Part shown: positions 20,595 to 30,088 of the stretch, one piece after another
Numbering within the stretch: the stretch's first letter is position 1
Layout of the letters: every line of letters starts with the position of its first letter
Assembly: GCA_001780985.1 (NCBI GenBank)
Contig: MFJV01000001.1
Span: 629,466 to 693,465, forward strand
Length of the DNA stretch: 64,000 nt
Reading direction: 5' to 3'
Source of the DNA: Candidatus Gottesmanbacteria bacterium RIFCSPLOWO2_01_FULL_43_11b
Lineage (GTDB): Bacteria; Patescibacteriota; Microgenomatia; UBA10105; UBA927
The notes under the pieces: generated by a model
What the model saw: only the letters and a program-made list of their open reading frames with translations
What the model was told of the DNA's origin: nothing
Database searches by the model: none
Made by a program: the position numbers and the translations under genes

Positions 20595-22226
20595 TTACCA
20601 ACTTCCCCCTCCGCCGCCACCCCCACCTCCACCGGAAGATCCGCCAGAAAAACCCGATGAAAAGCCAGACGAAGATCGGGTCGGAGTGGCAGCTGATCGA
20701 ACAGCAGAAAGTGAGGAGTTGAGAGAATTCACAAATACAGAACTATTGAATGTTCCGTAACTGGTTGAAGAATACCAATCGATAGGCTGCATTGCGATAT
20801 CTTCGAATCGTTTTGCCCAAATTCGTTCGACATTGAATGCAATTGCATAGGGGAGTAGTTTTTCAAACATGAGTTGATTTTTTGCCTGATGAGTTAGTTT
20901 CTTTTCCTGGCTAACCAGAAAGTTTCGCAAGGACCGGGCGACAGCAGCCTGTTGACTTCCGTATGGAGTTTTAACCGGCATCCCCGTTCCGAAAATAAGA
21001 CTACTCAAAAAGAGAGGAACATTAAATGTCATGAGAGACAGGACGCGGATAATTTCGTAAAACGAACGGATTTTTTGCGGATTTTTCGGGAAAAATCCTT
21101 CAGTAACAAAACTTTCATACAAACTCTCTTTTATTTTTTCTATATCTGAAGCAAGTTTTAATTCTTTGACATGAACAATATCGGTGGTAAATATTTTTTC
21201 CAGAAGAAGTGACTCAAAAGGCATTAAAGATGAATCATTTTTAAATTCTTTTTGTTTTGAAAGAGTGAAATCATTCTTTTTATTTTCAATAATCTTGAGA
21301 TACTCCCGTCGGGCAAGGTCGACAATAGTTGCACAGATGTCATCAAGATCGACGCGCTCGTCGATCAATGCACCGGTTTCTCCTGGGGTAAGCGACCGCA
21401 AAGACCGGGTTTTAGGTGCGTCAAACCAGGCTTTGGTTTCTCCTATTGCCGGTCGTGGATCACGGCCATACTTCCACCATTTGATAGGAAGAGAGATGGG
21501 GTAGACGATGTACCACAATGACGCTACGAGAATGCCCAATCCGGTAAGTAATGGTGAGGGGCCGTATGGTTTTGGTTCGAGGACTGCTACAATTCCTTTT
21601 GGAAAACCAACGACAATCGTTAACCCTTCATCGGGAGATAATGCGGCATTGGTAGATACGTGAACTTGCGCATCACGTGTCGTGACATCGCAGTTTTGTG
21701 CTGTATTTCCGATAGGACCAGTGAAGCATTCTGCTCGGATATCTTGTTTTAGTATATCTTCCGGTAGATTAATAGTTACACCTGCAGCATTTATTGATAC
21801 AGGCCAGTCATTGCCCGTAACGTTCCAATAGAGTTCATCGTGGTCAGAAAAATAGGTTAGAGCTCCGATAACCGTATAGCCAATTGTGTACGAATGAGTT
21901 CCCGTAATAGTTTTATTCGGATCGCCAATTTTGAGTGTCATTGATGAGTCTTCAAACGATTTCGAAAATTGATCGGATACTGAAATATTTGTAAAATCGA
22001 GTTTAAATTTCTTGTTGTCTTGATTTGTTTTTACAAACGGAATGGTTCGGAATATTCCATGCCGACTTTCTTGTCCAAAATCGTAATCAATTGTTTCAGA
22101 AACATCGATTAATCCGTTGGCCTCTATTGTTATGTTGGTATCAAACGACTGAATCTCTTCAGCAAGACTAATGCGAGGATAGAAAAAGGGGAAGAGGAGA
22201 AGCATGATGACGAAATACCATTTCAT
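20595..22226 (-). CDS. DUF2207-family membrane protein with signal peptide and C-terminal Gly-rich tail
   Basis: Signal-like MKWYFVIMLLLFPFFYPRISLA; DUF2207-like TIDYDFGQESRHGIFRTIP; TM helices mid-protein; C-terminal GGSSGGGGGGGGGGSW. Confidence 0.5.
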   Translation of the reverse strand: MKWYFVIMLLLFPFFYPRISLAEEIQSFDTNITIEANGLIDVSETIDYDFGQESRHGIFRTIPFVKTNQDNKKFKLDFTNISVSDQFSKSFEDSSMTLKIGDPNKTITGTHSYTIGYTVIGALTYFSDHDELYWNVTGNDWPVSINAAGVTINLPEDILKQDIRAECFTGPIGNTAQNCDVTTRDAQVHVSTNAALSPDEGLTIVVGFPKGIVAVLEPKPYGPSPLLTGLGILVASLWYIVYPISLPIKWWKYGRDPRPAIGETKAWFDAPKTRSLRSLTPGETGALIDERVDLDDICATIVDLARREYLKIIENKKNDFTLSKQKEFKNDSSLMPFESLLLEKIFTTDIVHVKELKLASDIEKIKESLYESFVTEGFFPKNPQKIRSFYEIIRVLSLMTFNVPLFLSSLIFGTGMPVKTPYGSQQAAVARSLRNFLVSQEKKLTHQAKNQLMFEKLLPYAIAFNVERIWAKRFEDIAMQPIDWYSSTSYGTFNSSVFVNSLNSSLSAVRSAATPTRSSSGFSSGFSGGSSGGGGGGGGGGSW

Positions 22227-23207
22227 TTACTGCAAGTATCGAGCGATATTTTCGTTGTGTTCTTCAATCGTTGCCGCATAGTGAACATTGCCGTCGTTAT
22301 CATGAAGGTAAAACCAAAAGGCTGATTCCTGCGGGTATATGACTGCCTTCAATGAAGCCAACCCGGGACTACTTATGGGTCTGGGCGGCAATCCGGGGTT
22401 GAGGTAGGTATTAAATGCTGATCGGATTTTTTTGTCTTCCGTTGTCAGACTTTTTTTCCACCAACTTTTTTCTGTAGCCTGATACCCAAGGGCGTACTGA
22501 AGTGTTGCATCAGCTTGGAGCGGCCAGTCAGCGTTGAGACGTTTGAGAAGTATGCCTGCAATCACCGGTCTATCTTCACTTGTCCGACCCTCCCTTTCAA
22601 CAATGGAGGCTAAAATTATTACCTCTTCAACCGTTAATCCCTGTTTTTGCGCATCTACCTTCATTTGTTCAGTTATTTTTTGATCAAAGGTACTGCGGAA
22701 TATGTTGGCAATTGCAGCGGCTGATGCGTCGCGCGGGATAAGGTACGTATCCGGGAACATGTATCCTTCTTGTGCGACTTTGAGAAATTCTCCTTCCGGA
22801 ATATCGAGATCTTTTGCCAGTTGATTGGCAATCTCCTCATTGCGCCATCCCTCAAGAGTCGTTACCCATACATCAAGGTAGCCGTGCGTCAACTCAGATG
22901 CGATTTCGTCTGCACCCAAAGCACGGTTGAGACGGAAATCACCTGCCTGAAGGGATTTTTCCAACCCCATGATTTTAACGAGTACGAAAAATGCAGTAGA
23001 ACTTCGGATGAGATTTTGGTTTGCTAAATTTGCTGCAATAGTACGAACACCATCCCCCTGTCGCACGACAAACATTATGGGTTTCGGATCAAGTGGTGCA
23101 ACAGGAGACGTTCCGTCAATCCACCACAACCACGAACCAAGGAGAAGAAGAATCAGGACCACAAAAAAAATAATGACTCTTTTTGGAACGGTATTATTTG
23201 ATTTCAT
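22227..23207 (-). CDS. mltG: Endolytic murein transglycosylase MltG (YceG-like)
   Basis: YceG fold blocks: N-terminal TM, KVMGLE..LQAGDFRLNR, YMFPDTYLIP, SIVEREG, GLPPRPISSPG. ORF extends to 23330; start set at MKSNNTVPK. Confidence 0.7.
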   Translation of the reverse strand: MKSNNTVPKRVIIFFVVLILLLLGSWLWWIDGTSPVAPLDPKPIMFVVRQGDGVRTIAANLANQNLIRSSTAFFVLVKIMGLEKSLQAGDFRLNRALGADEIASELTHGYLDVWVTTLEGWRNEEIANQLAKDLDIPEGEFLKVAQEGYMFPDTYLIPRDASAAAIANIFRSTFDQKITEQMKVDAQKQGLTVEEVIILASIVEREGRTSEDRPVIAGILLKRLNADWPLQADATLQYALGYQATEKSWWKKSLTTEDKKIRSAFNTYLNPGLPPRPISSPGLASLKAVIYPQESAFWFYLHDNDGNVHYAATIEEHNENIARYLQ

Positions 23208-23385
23208 TAAGACTTGCCCTTCGGTATGTATTCGAAGCGGCATCATACATGTAAATGCGATTACATTGACAGTCAACTCGCACCAATCCCTTGCCCTTTT
23301 TTTGCGGAAGCTCCCTTCCGCAACCGACACAACGGCCTTGAGACAGTAGCCATGCTTGAACTGGTGAAATAATATTTTTAAACAT
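23194..23385 (-). CDS. Putative small zinc-ribbon protein (63 aa)
   Basis: CVGCGREL...VDCQCNRIY gives CxxC...CxC. Overlaps the mltG start by 14 nt. No clear SD. Confidence 0.3.
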   Translation of the reverse strand: MFKNIISPVQAWLLSQGRCVGCGRELPQKKGKGLVRVDCQCNRIYMYDAASNTYRRASLNEIK

Positions 23386-23386
23386 A

Positions 23387-23526
23387 CCAGGGAGTGAAAT
23401 TTCGACCTTTGCTTTTTACGCTTTCGAAATTTCAGTATCCTTTCTGTTAAGTAATTATCTTTATACTTCCAGGTAGACTTGAATTTCGAGCAAAGAATAA
23501 AAGCGTGTCGAAATTCTACTCCCTGG
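23387..23526. repeat. 140-bp intergenic element bounded by 20-bp inverted repeats, with internal TTTCGAAATT-type palindromic cores
   Basis: CCAGGGAGTGAAATTTCGAC (23387-23406) is the reverse complement, with 2 mismatches, of GTCGAAATTCTACTCCCTGG (23507-23526). The aaatttcga core recurs 4 times inside. Confidence 0.55.
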
Positions 23527-23530
23527 CATA

Positions 23531-24832
23531 TTATTCTATTGTGTACACCGGTATATTTTTAAGTGTTTCTACAGCTTCTTTTAGTCTCCACTTGTCTGAA
23601 CTATAAAGCGAGGTAAGTATATCACCTTTGTCCACAGACTCTTCAAGTTTTCGATTAAGGTACATCCCGGCTTTTTTATCCGTCGGGCATCCTAAAATGC
23701 GACAAATGACAGTTATCTGTTTATTGTTGATTGAAATGACTCTCCCGCGACGATGCGATTTAAGTTCGTAACGTTCTTTTCCGGGTAAGAGTTGACCACT
23801 TTGAACATGACTGTCTCCTCCCTGCGCTTTTATAATTTCCTGCATTTTCTTAAGAGCACTACCTGAAGTAAGCATTTCTTTTGCCACATCTTCAGCATTA
23901 ATAGCTTTCTTTTTCTTTGACTGGGAATAGCATAATTCCAAAAGTTTTCCGGCAAGCCGCAGTGCTTTTGCCTCGAGTCCAAGCGGGCGGTCAGGGGACT
24001 GTTCAAGAACCTGGAATACATCGCGTGCTTCAAGAATAGGACCCACCCCGCGTCCTGCTGATTGCCGCGATTCATTAACGTCAAAAACGACTTTGATGCC
24101 GAATTTCTTTGCAAGGAATGTGAATTTTTTTACGATGACATCGGCATCTTTAAAGTGCTGAATTTTCATAGTCGGTCCGACCGGAATATCGAGGACAAGA
24201 TGCGTTGCTCCCGAAGCAACCTTTTTGGCCATGATAGATACGATAATTTTGTCAAATGATTCGAAGGCAAGTGGCTGTTCAACCTGGATGAGAATATCAT
24301 CAGCAGGAGCAAGTCCTAAATGTCCCCCCCAAACAATACACCCGCCCGTCCTTCCGACGAGTCGTTCAATTTGTTTCGGCGTAAACGTTACAGGAGCGAC
24401 AACTTCCATCGTATCAGCAGTTCCGGCAGGTGAAGTAATTGCCCGCGAGGAGGTTTTCGGGATTTGAAAGCCGGCAGCCGCAACAATAGGGACGAGTATC
24501 ATGGTCGTTCGGGTACCGGCAACTCCACCAGTTGAATGCTTGTCTGCAACTATGCCGCGTAAATGAAGTCGGGGTCCGGTTGCAACCATAGCACGAGTCA
24601 GGTGATAGAGTTCTTCATTGCTAAATCCTTCCTTAAATCCTGCAGCGGCAAAGTACGTGGTGAGTACAGGGGAGAGCTTTCTATTGGCAATTTCATCCAT
24701 AATGGAAAAAATTTCATTGTAGGAGAGAGATTTCCCTACAAGCTTCTTTTTGATTGCTTCTATAGCAGCCTGTTGGCGGGTATCTTGAGTCATATTTTTT
24801 TGAGTTTTGCTTTCACATTTAGGCGTTGCCAA
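23531..24832 (-). CDS. Thymidine/pyrimidine-nucleoside phosphorylase family protein (possible AMP phosphorylase role)
   Basis: Glycosyl transferase family 3 fold: HSTGGVAGTRTTMILVPIVAAAGF, TSPAGTADTME, C-terminal PYNP domain. 433 aa. Confidence 0.7.
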   Translation of the reverse strand: MATPKCESKTQKNMTQDTRQQAAIEAIKKKLVGKSLSYNEIFSIMDEIANRKLSPVLTTYFAAAGFKEGFSNEELYHLTRAMVATGPRLHLRGIVADKHSTGGVAGTRTTMILVPIVAAAGFQIPKTSSRAITSPAGTADTMEVVAPVTFTPKQIERLVGRTGGCIVWGGHLGLAPADDILIQVEQPLAFESFDKIIVSIMAKKVASGATHLVLDIPVGPTMKIQHFKDADVIVKKFTFLAKKFGIKVVFDVNESRQSAGRGVGPILEARDVFQVLEQSPDRPLGLEAKALRLAGKLLELCYSQSKKKKAINAEDVAKEMLTSGSALKKMQEIIKAQGGDSHVQSGQLLPGKERYELKSHRRGRVISINNKQITVICRILGCPTDKKAGMYLNRKLEESVDKGDILTSLYSSDKWRLKEAVETLKNIPVYTIE

Positions 24833-25476
24833 TATGTGCCGGGGGGGACACAGGTAATGAGGGTAATGTAGGAGTCATCGAATCGCTGTTCCAAAGGAGA
24901 AAGATCATTTGGTTTTGTAATAGTCATGTCAAAGATAACATATCGGTACGTAATGCCGTCGTAGGTGACAAGTATTTCATCATCAATCTCGAGTGTGGGA
25001 AGAGTTGAGAATATAGTTGCGTAGTCTTTAGGATTGAAAAATTGGGGAAGTGTCGAGTGCCCAAAAATAACAGCAGTGCCGTACTGTCCGGGGAGCCCTG
25101 TTCCTCCGTAATGAATGAGACTCTTTTTAAGATCATCACCGGCGATAATTACGGTAGCATTAACAATGTTTAATTTAGGAATGCTAATCTGGTAGCTATT
25201 GACCGGAGCGACCATTTTTTTTTGGGGTTTTGTAGGAAACCATGTGTTGGGATCAGTGTAGTCGAGCGATTCGCCTAAAACGACACTGCTTTTCTGAGAG
25301 AGAGGTGAAATGGTGACCCCTAAGAGTGGTTGTTGGAGGAAAACAAATGATGCGATAGGCCAGATAGTCCAGAGAATGATGAAACTTCCTGCAGCCATAA
25401 GCGACCACGGGAGTAGCCCGAGTTTTTTCACTCGTCGCTTCTTGGGTTCTGCCTTAACATATTGGTACTGTGGCAT
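24790..25476 (-). CDS. Sortase family transpeptidase
   Basis: N-terminal TM; AVIFGHS (His motif); TLITC (catalytic Cys motif); conserved Arg downstream. Confidence 0.65.
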   Translation of the reverse strand: MPQYQYVKAEPKKRRVKKLGLLPWSLMAAGSFIILWTIWPIASFVFLQQPLLGVTISPLSQKSSVVLGESLDYTDPNTWFPTKPQKKMVAPVNSYQISIPKLNIVNATVIIAGDDLKKSLIHYGGTGLPGQYGTAVIFGHSTLPQFFNPKDYATIFSTLPTLEIDDEILVTYDGITYRYVIFDMTITKPNDLSPLEQRFDDSYITLITCVPPGTYWQRLNVKAKLKKI

Positions 25477-25486
25477 GGTTACTTCT

Positions 25487-27565
25487 CTAAATTTTTTGTG
25501 CAGAGATAGTGACAGATATATTGTTTCGATTTATAGGGAGTCGATTGGGGAATACTGCCCACCGAAAACGAAATTCGGCTCCTGCAACACCTCCTGTTGT
25601 CTTTAAGTATTCCTGCGCTTTCGTGACGCTTTTACCGGCAACTCCCTTTCGAATAGCATCACTATCTAAAGAGGGGAGCGCTGATCCGCGGACATGAGTT
25701 GTCACAGTAGTAGTTCCGTCCTTTTTTACCTGTACTCCCTTCACCTCTATGTCCGTACTGTTATTATCAAAAGCATACCCCGGCATAAGTTGTGATGAGA
25801 CCCGATCGGTAAATAACGCTACAACATCCGTTTCGCTGTAGGAAATTCCTGAAACGGTAATTGTAATTTTGCCGGCTAACTCTTTTGCCTCCTGATCCAA
25901 CTCCTGTGTAAATGTTTTTTCTGTCACCGATGTTTTGAGAGTCGCATCAATCAGTTTTTCACCTCCTGAAATACTTGTTGCCAATTTTTCTTTTGTTTGT
26001 TGAAGTAACTCCTCGGTAAGTTGGGTAACGAGTGCATCGTAGTCACTTCGTGTGACGACTGTTACTTCACGGCTTGTACCTCCGGCAAACTTCTCGTCGT
26101 TTCGTGCAATCGCAATACTTGTTCCAATTTCCGAAAATGTGAAATCAGTTCCGGCAGGAAGATTTCCTTCCGGACCAATTTCTTTCGCCGTAACGCTACC
26201 CGTTGCTTTTCCAAAAGTAATGGATCCTATACTTTCAGCAGCTTCGACAACCTCGACGTCTGCATCAAGTGTAAATTGTATTCCTGAAGCAGCAAGGATA
26301 GAGCCTTTTTTAAATGTTCTGCTGTTTAAACTTTTGTTATAAATCGTTATACCACCTTTAGCCGGATCACCGATTTTCTTTGTTCCGGAAACCGGAATTG
26401 TTTTTTCTCCCGACAATGAATCTTCACGAGTATGTCCCGGAATAATACTTGTTTGACTGTCTGCGACCGTCGATTTTGGATCAACCGTCATTGGCAATGT
26501 TGTTTCAAGTGTTTGGGGGAGAACAAGAACGGTAACCGTTGCTTTAGGCAGTATCCAAACGAACAAACCTAAAATAATTAAAAGAAGAATTCCCGTGAGC
26601 CCAATATACATTCCGTTACCTTGGATAGGGAATGAGGGAAGGGATGGAAGTTTTGGCAATGAAAATTTTTGCTTTGGTTTTTCTTCTGGCTGCGTTCTTT
26701 CCAGAACGTCTTCATTTGCAAACCCAAGAGTTTCCGGTTCAACAATCTCAATGTTTTGCTGCGACTCCCGCGGTTCGGGTTTAGTTTCGACCGGCTCCTC
26801 CCGGAGAGCTGTTGTCATTTCACTTGCACCCGCAAGAGATACGGATTCTACGATGGAACTAATTGGTATATGGTCGAACTTCGGAAAGTGAAGGAAATTT
26901 GCTTTTGTCGGCCAGGGGTGACGCATTAAATCAGCTTTATTTTCTTCAATAAGATCATCGGAGGCACCATAGAGGATTATACGAGAAGGCAATACCTCAA
27001 GTTCTTTAAATTGTTTCAACACGTGTTCAATTGAGGTTGGAAGATTATCACCGCGATCAATAGTCTCTTGTCCTATAAGCAGGCCGACCTTATACACAGA
27101 AATAACGACACGATGATCACTAAATCCTAAAAGAATAACACTTGGCGGGACTCCTTCCGTTTTTTTCAACGAATACACAATTGCCGCCGGTACAGAGACA
27201 AATCCCATGGGTGTAAGATCCAGGACCTGTGTGAGTTGTTTCATCTGGGTTCGAACGTCGGGGTTAATATCGCCGTCATTGGTTAAATATTCAATAGGTA
27301 AACCCAGCACGACTTTCCGGATTTGTGCATTTTCATCAAGTTTTTCCTCAAGCGCTGCAATGGTACGATCAGCAGCTTTTGTTCTGTCTTCCCAATTGTC
27401 GTTCTCTAAGGTTTCGCGTGAGAATCCAATCGCAATAGGATTATTTGAAGCGTCCATATGCCAGCCGGCAGCGATAACACCGTCCGGCAAGAGAATGAGG
27501 GAGAGAAAGACTTCAGTCACCTGTTTTGGTCGAAAGAGACTCTGGATTGGGTTTGGAAGTTTCAT
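25487..27565 (-). CDS. Hypothetical bitopic membrane protein: about 300-aa cytoplasmic N-domain, one TM, about 350-aa T/S-rich extracellular C-domain
   Basis: 692 aa; TM IGLTGILLLIILGLFVWILP; no LPXTG. The N-domain may be actin-like/FtsA-PilM-like (very weak). Directly upstream of the sortase gene. Confidence 0.35.
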   Translation of the reverse strand: MKLPNPIQSLFRPKQVTEVFLSLILLPDGVIAAGWHMDASNNPIAIGFSRETLENDNWEDRTKAADRTIAALEEKLDENAQIRKVVLGLPIEYLTNDGDINPDVRTQMKQLTQVLDLTPMGFVSVPAAIVYSLKKTEGVPPSVILLGFSDHRVVISVYKVGLLIGQETIDRGDNLPTSIEHVLKQFKELEVLPSRIILYGASDDLIEENKADLMRHPWPTKANFLHFPKFDHIPISSIVESVSLAGASEMTTALREEPVETKPEPRESQQNIEIVEPETLGFANEDVLERTQPEEKPKQKFSLPKLPSLPSFPIQGNGMYIGLTGILLLIILGLFVWILPKATVTVLVLPQTLETTLPMTVDPKSTVADSQTSIIPGHTREDSLSGEKTIPVSGTKKIGDPAKGGITIYNKSLNSRTFKKGSILAASGIQFTLDADVEVVEAAESIGSITFGKATGSVTAKEIGPEGNLPAGTDFTFSEIGTSIAIARNDEKFAGGTSREVTVVTRSDYDALVTQLTEELLQQTKEKLATSISGGEKLIDATLKTSVTEKTFTQELDQEAKELAGKITITVSGISYSETDVVALFTDRVSSQLMPGYAFDNNSTDIEVKGVQVKKDGTTTVTTHVRGSALPSLDSDAIRKGVAGKSVTKAQEYLKTTGGVAGAEFRFRWAVFPNRLPINRNNISVTISAQKI

Positions 27566-29273
27566 CGGTGGATATCCCGGCGTAGATCCGTCGAATACCT
27601 GCGCCAGCAGATTCCTCTTTCATTATTGTAAAGCGCCCTATGGCACCTGTAAAGGAAACGTGAGGACCCCCGCAGAATTCCGCAGAAAAATACTCCTCCT
27701 TCGGCCCGCCTGCCGGCGAGGCAGGTCCGACAAAGTAGACACTAACCCGATCCGGGTACTTATGGCCAAACTCCATTTGTGCGCCTATTTTTTCTGCTTC
27801 TTCACGTGTCATTTCCACTCGGCTTACTTTTAAATTTTCTTTTATTTTTTCATTGACTAATGTTTCAATTTTCTTTATTTCTTCTGGAGTGAGTTTTCTT
27901 TCAAAATTGAAATCCATACGCAGACGTTCTGCAGTGATATTGCTTCCGCGCTGTTTTATGCTCGGATCGACGATCTTTTGAAGGGAAGCAAGAAGGAGGT
28001 GATGGGTGGTGTGAAGTTTTACTGTCTGTTCACTTTGGTCAGCAAGCCCGCCCTTAAACATTCCAGCAGCCGCCGTTCGCGAAAGATTTTGATGGGTTTT
28101 GAATTTTTCTTCAAAGTCATACTTATCAAAATTCAATCCTTTTTGTTTAAAAAGCTCTTGAATGATTTCAGGTGGAAATCCATACGTTTGAAAAAGGTCA
28201 AACGGGGGAACGTTTCCGACCATTTTCATTCCTTTTTCAAGAACGGCATCAAACCTAGTCAGTTCATCTGAAAATATTTTTGAGATCTGCTCTGATGAAG
28301 GCAAACCGTAAAACTGAATGAACTCGTTTAGCACTTGTAATGTAGCCTTGGAATGAACTGCTGCACGTCGAATTAACCTCCGTAAAATATATCCCTGCGT
28401 TTTGTTTGAGGGGAGGACGCCTGCGTCGATGATAAACATCGCAGCCCGAACATGATCCAAAACTACCCGAACGTTTTTCTTGTCTTCTTTCAGAAGTTTC
28501 TTTGCGCCGAAAAAAATATCAATATTAAATACATCCGGATCATTGTTTGTTGCTGCTGTTAATCGTTCCAATCCGCCGCCGAAATCCACATTTTTATTCG
28601 GTAATTCAACAATACTTCCGTCCTTCTGTTTCTGATATTGCATGAAAACGGAATTTGCGATTTCCAAAAATCTTCCGCAATTACAGTTTGGGTGACACCC
28701 ATCATGTATCGGTTTTTCGAAATCAAAAAATACTTCACTATCCGGTCCTCCGGGTTCACCCGCCGGCATCTTGTCAGGCTCTCCGGACCTACTCCACCAG
28801 TTCTTATCGACTCCGTAATAAAATAATCGACTATCCGGAATGCCTAATTTTTTCCAAATACCCGCAGACTCTTCATCTTTAGGAACGTCTTTATTTCCCT
28901 CAAAAACAGATACATATAGTTTTTCTTTTGGAAGATGTAATTCTTTTGTCAGAAATTCCCAAATCCATGGAAGCTGTTCTTTTTTGAAATAATCACCGAA
29001 CGACCAATTTCCAAGCATTTCAAAAAACGTGGTGTGTCGATTGTCACCGACTTCTTCAATATCACCTGCTCGAAATGATTTTTGACTGTTCACCAGCCGT
29101 TTTCCTAATGGATGCGACTCTCCCAGGAGGTAGGGGACGAGCGGCTGCATACCGGAACTCGTAAAAAGGGTAGTAGAGTCATTCTCAGGAACCAGTGGAG
29201 CAGACGGAATCTCCACATGCCCCCTTGCCTTAAAAAACTCAATGTATTTTCGTCGGACATCAGAAGATTTCAT
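27513..29273 (-). CDS. alaS: Alanyl-tRNA synthetase (short form lacking the C-terminal C-Ala domain)
   Basis: MKSSDVRRKYIEFFKARGHVEIPSAPLVPENDSTTLFTSSGMQ (class II AlaRS N-terminus); editing-domain Zn motif FCGGPHV near the C-terminus; 586 aa. Confidence 0.8.
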   Translation of the reverse strand: MKSSDVRRKYIEFFKARGHVEIPSAPLVPENDSTTLFTSSGMQPLVPYLLGESHPLGKRLVNSQKSFRAGDIEEVGDNRHTTFFEMLGNWSFGDYFKKEQLPWIWEFLTKELHLPKEKLYVSVFEGNKDVPKDEESAGIWKKLGIPDSRLFYYGVDKNWWSRSGEPDKMPAGEPGGPDSEVFFDFEKPIHDGCHPNCNCGRFLEIANSVFMQYQKQKDGSIVELPNKNVDFGGGLERLTAATNNDPDVFNIDIFFGAKKLLKEDKKNVRVVLDHVRAAMFIIDAGVLPSNKTQGYILRRLIRRAAVHSKATLQVLNEFIQFYGLPSSEQISKIFSDELTRFDAVLEKGMKMVGNVPPFDLFQTYGFPPEIIQELFKQKGLNFDKYDFEEKFKTHQNLSRTAAAGMFKGGLADQSEQTVKLHTTHHLLLASLQKIVDPSIKQRGSNITAERLRMDFNFERKLTPEEIKKIETLVNEKIKENLKVSRVEMTREEAEKIGAQMEFGHKYPDRVSVYFVGPASPAGGPKEEYFSAEFCGGPHVSFTGAIGRFTIMKEESAGAGIRRIYAGISTDETSKPNPESLSTKTGD

Positions 29274-29313
29274 GATTACGTATTATAAACGAGATAGAGG
29301 AAAGAAGTAATAG

Positions 29314-29343
29314 ATGTTACCATGTTTCGAAACATGGTAACAT
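29314..29343. promoter_or_regulatory. Perfect 30-bp palindrome, candidate operator for the adjacent TrpR-like regulator (or bidirectional terminator)
   Basis: ATGTTACCATGTTTCGAAACATGGTAACAT is its own reverse complement. Located between the regulator stop (29357) and the alaS start (29273). Confidence 0.5.
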
Positions 29344-29356
29344 ATTTCTAGCTATG

Positions 29357-29800
29357 CTAGAAAGGTTTTTGATTTGCGATTCTTGCTTCCCAACGACGTT
29401 TTCTCCAACCCCGTAAATCTCGTCCAAACTGAGGAAGCATATTTGCTAATGCGGCGTCGATTTTTTCAATGAGAGCTTTTAGTTCCTCTTTTCGTAAGAT
29501 CGATCCGATGACAGACTGATAGCCTCCGTGACCTTTTTGCAATACGAGACTGATTTTACTCACTGTCCCTAGGCTTACTTTAAGCCATCGAGAAATAGTT
29601 CTCTGATCATATTTTTTGAGAAGAAGAAGGGCAATCGACAATCGTTTAGCAATCATCAGTCGTTCGGTTGGAGAAAGGAGATCATCAAGGAGTCTTGATA
29701 CAGTGCTTTTTGATGTTGCCGCCGCCACACTTTCCATCAACACTTCGTATACTCGTTGTTCTACCTCTTTTCGTAGTGGAATTCTCGATACTTGTGTCAT
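29357..29800 (-). CDS. TrpR-like (YerC/YecD family) DNA-binding protein
   Basis: LSPTERLMIAKRLSIALLLLKKYDQRTISRWLKVSLGTVSKI is a TrpR/YerC-type HTH; 147 aa. Confidence 0.55.
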   Translation of the reverse strand: MTQVSRIPLRKEVEQRVYEVLMESVAAATSKSTVSRLLDDLLSPTERLMIAKRLSIALLLLKKYDQRTISRWLKVSLGTVSKISLVLQKGHGGYQSVIGSILRKEELKALIEKIDAALANMLPQFGRDLRGWRKRRWEARIANQKPF

Positions 29801-29806
29801 ACTTCT

Positions 29807-29836
29807 ATGTTACCATGTTTCGAAACAAGATAACAT
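29807..29836. promoter_or_regulatory. Imperfect copy (28/30) of the 30-bp palindrome in the divergent promoter region
   Basis: ATGTTACCATGTTTCGAAACAAGATAACAT. Sits 7 nt upstream of the TrpR-like start codon and upstream of the divergent plus-strand operon. Confidence 0.5.
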
Positions 29837-29876
29837 AATCTTTTTTGCGCATTTTAAGTCATCTTTAAGTATAATG

Positions 29877-30086
29877 AGGGATATGAATTGGTGCTTTGCA
29901 ATTATTAACAATAAACTGGCTGAGGTTTATTTCAAAAGAAAAGGAACAAACGTAACGTTCATTGGACATTGCTATGTTGATGCAGCGGAATATAAAACTC
30001 AGAGTGAACAAAAGGCAATAAAGGAAGATATCACAAAAGTAAGATTAAGGTATAGTAAAGGAAAGTATAATCCAATAAAACATTAA
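29877..30086 (+). CDS. Hypothetical small protein (about 69 aa), first gene of plus-strand operon
   Basis: MRDMNWCFAIINNKLAEVYFKRKGTNVTFIGHCYVDAAEYK...; stop lies 2 nt before the cupin start. The upstream part of the long ORF 29616..30086 is antisense to the regulator and rejected. Confidence 0.3.
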   Translation, partial: RDMNWCFAIINNKLAEVYFKRKGTNVTFIGHCYVDAAEYKTQSEQKAIKEDITKVRLRYSKGKYNPIKH

Positions 30087-30088
30087 AT

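Noticed and set aside
29616-29876. Upstream part of plus-strand ORF 29616..30086
   Set aside because: Overlaps the minus-strand TrpR-like gene and the palindromic operator. Only the 3' 69-aa portion after the operator is plausible.
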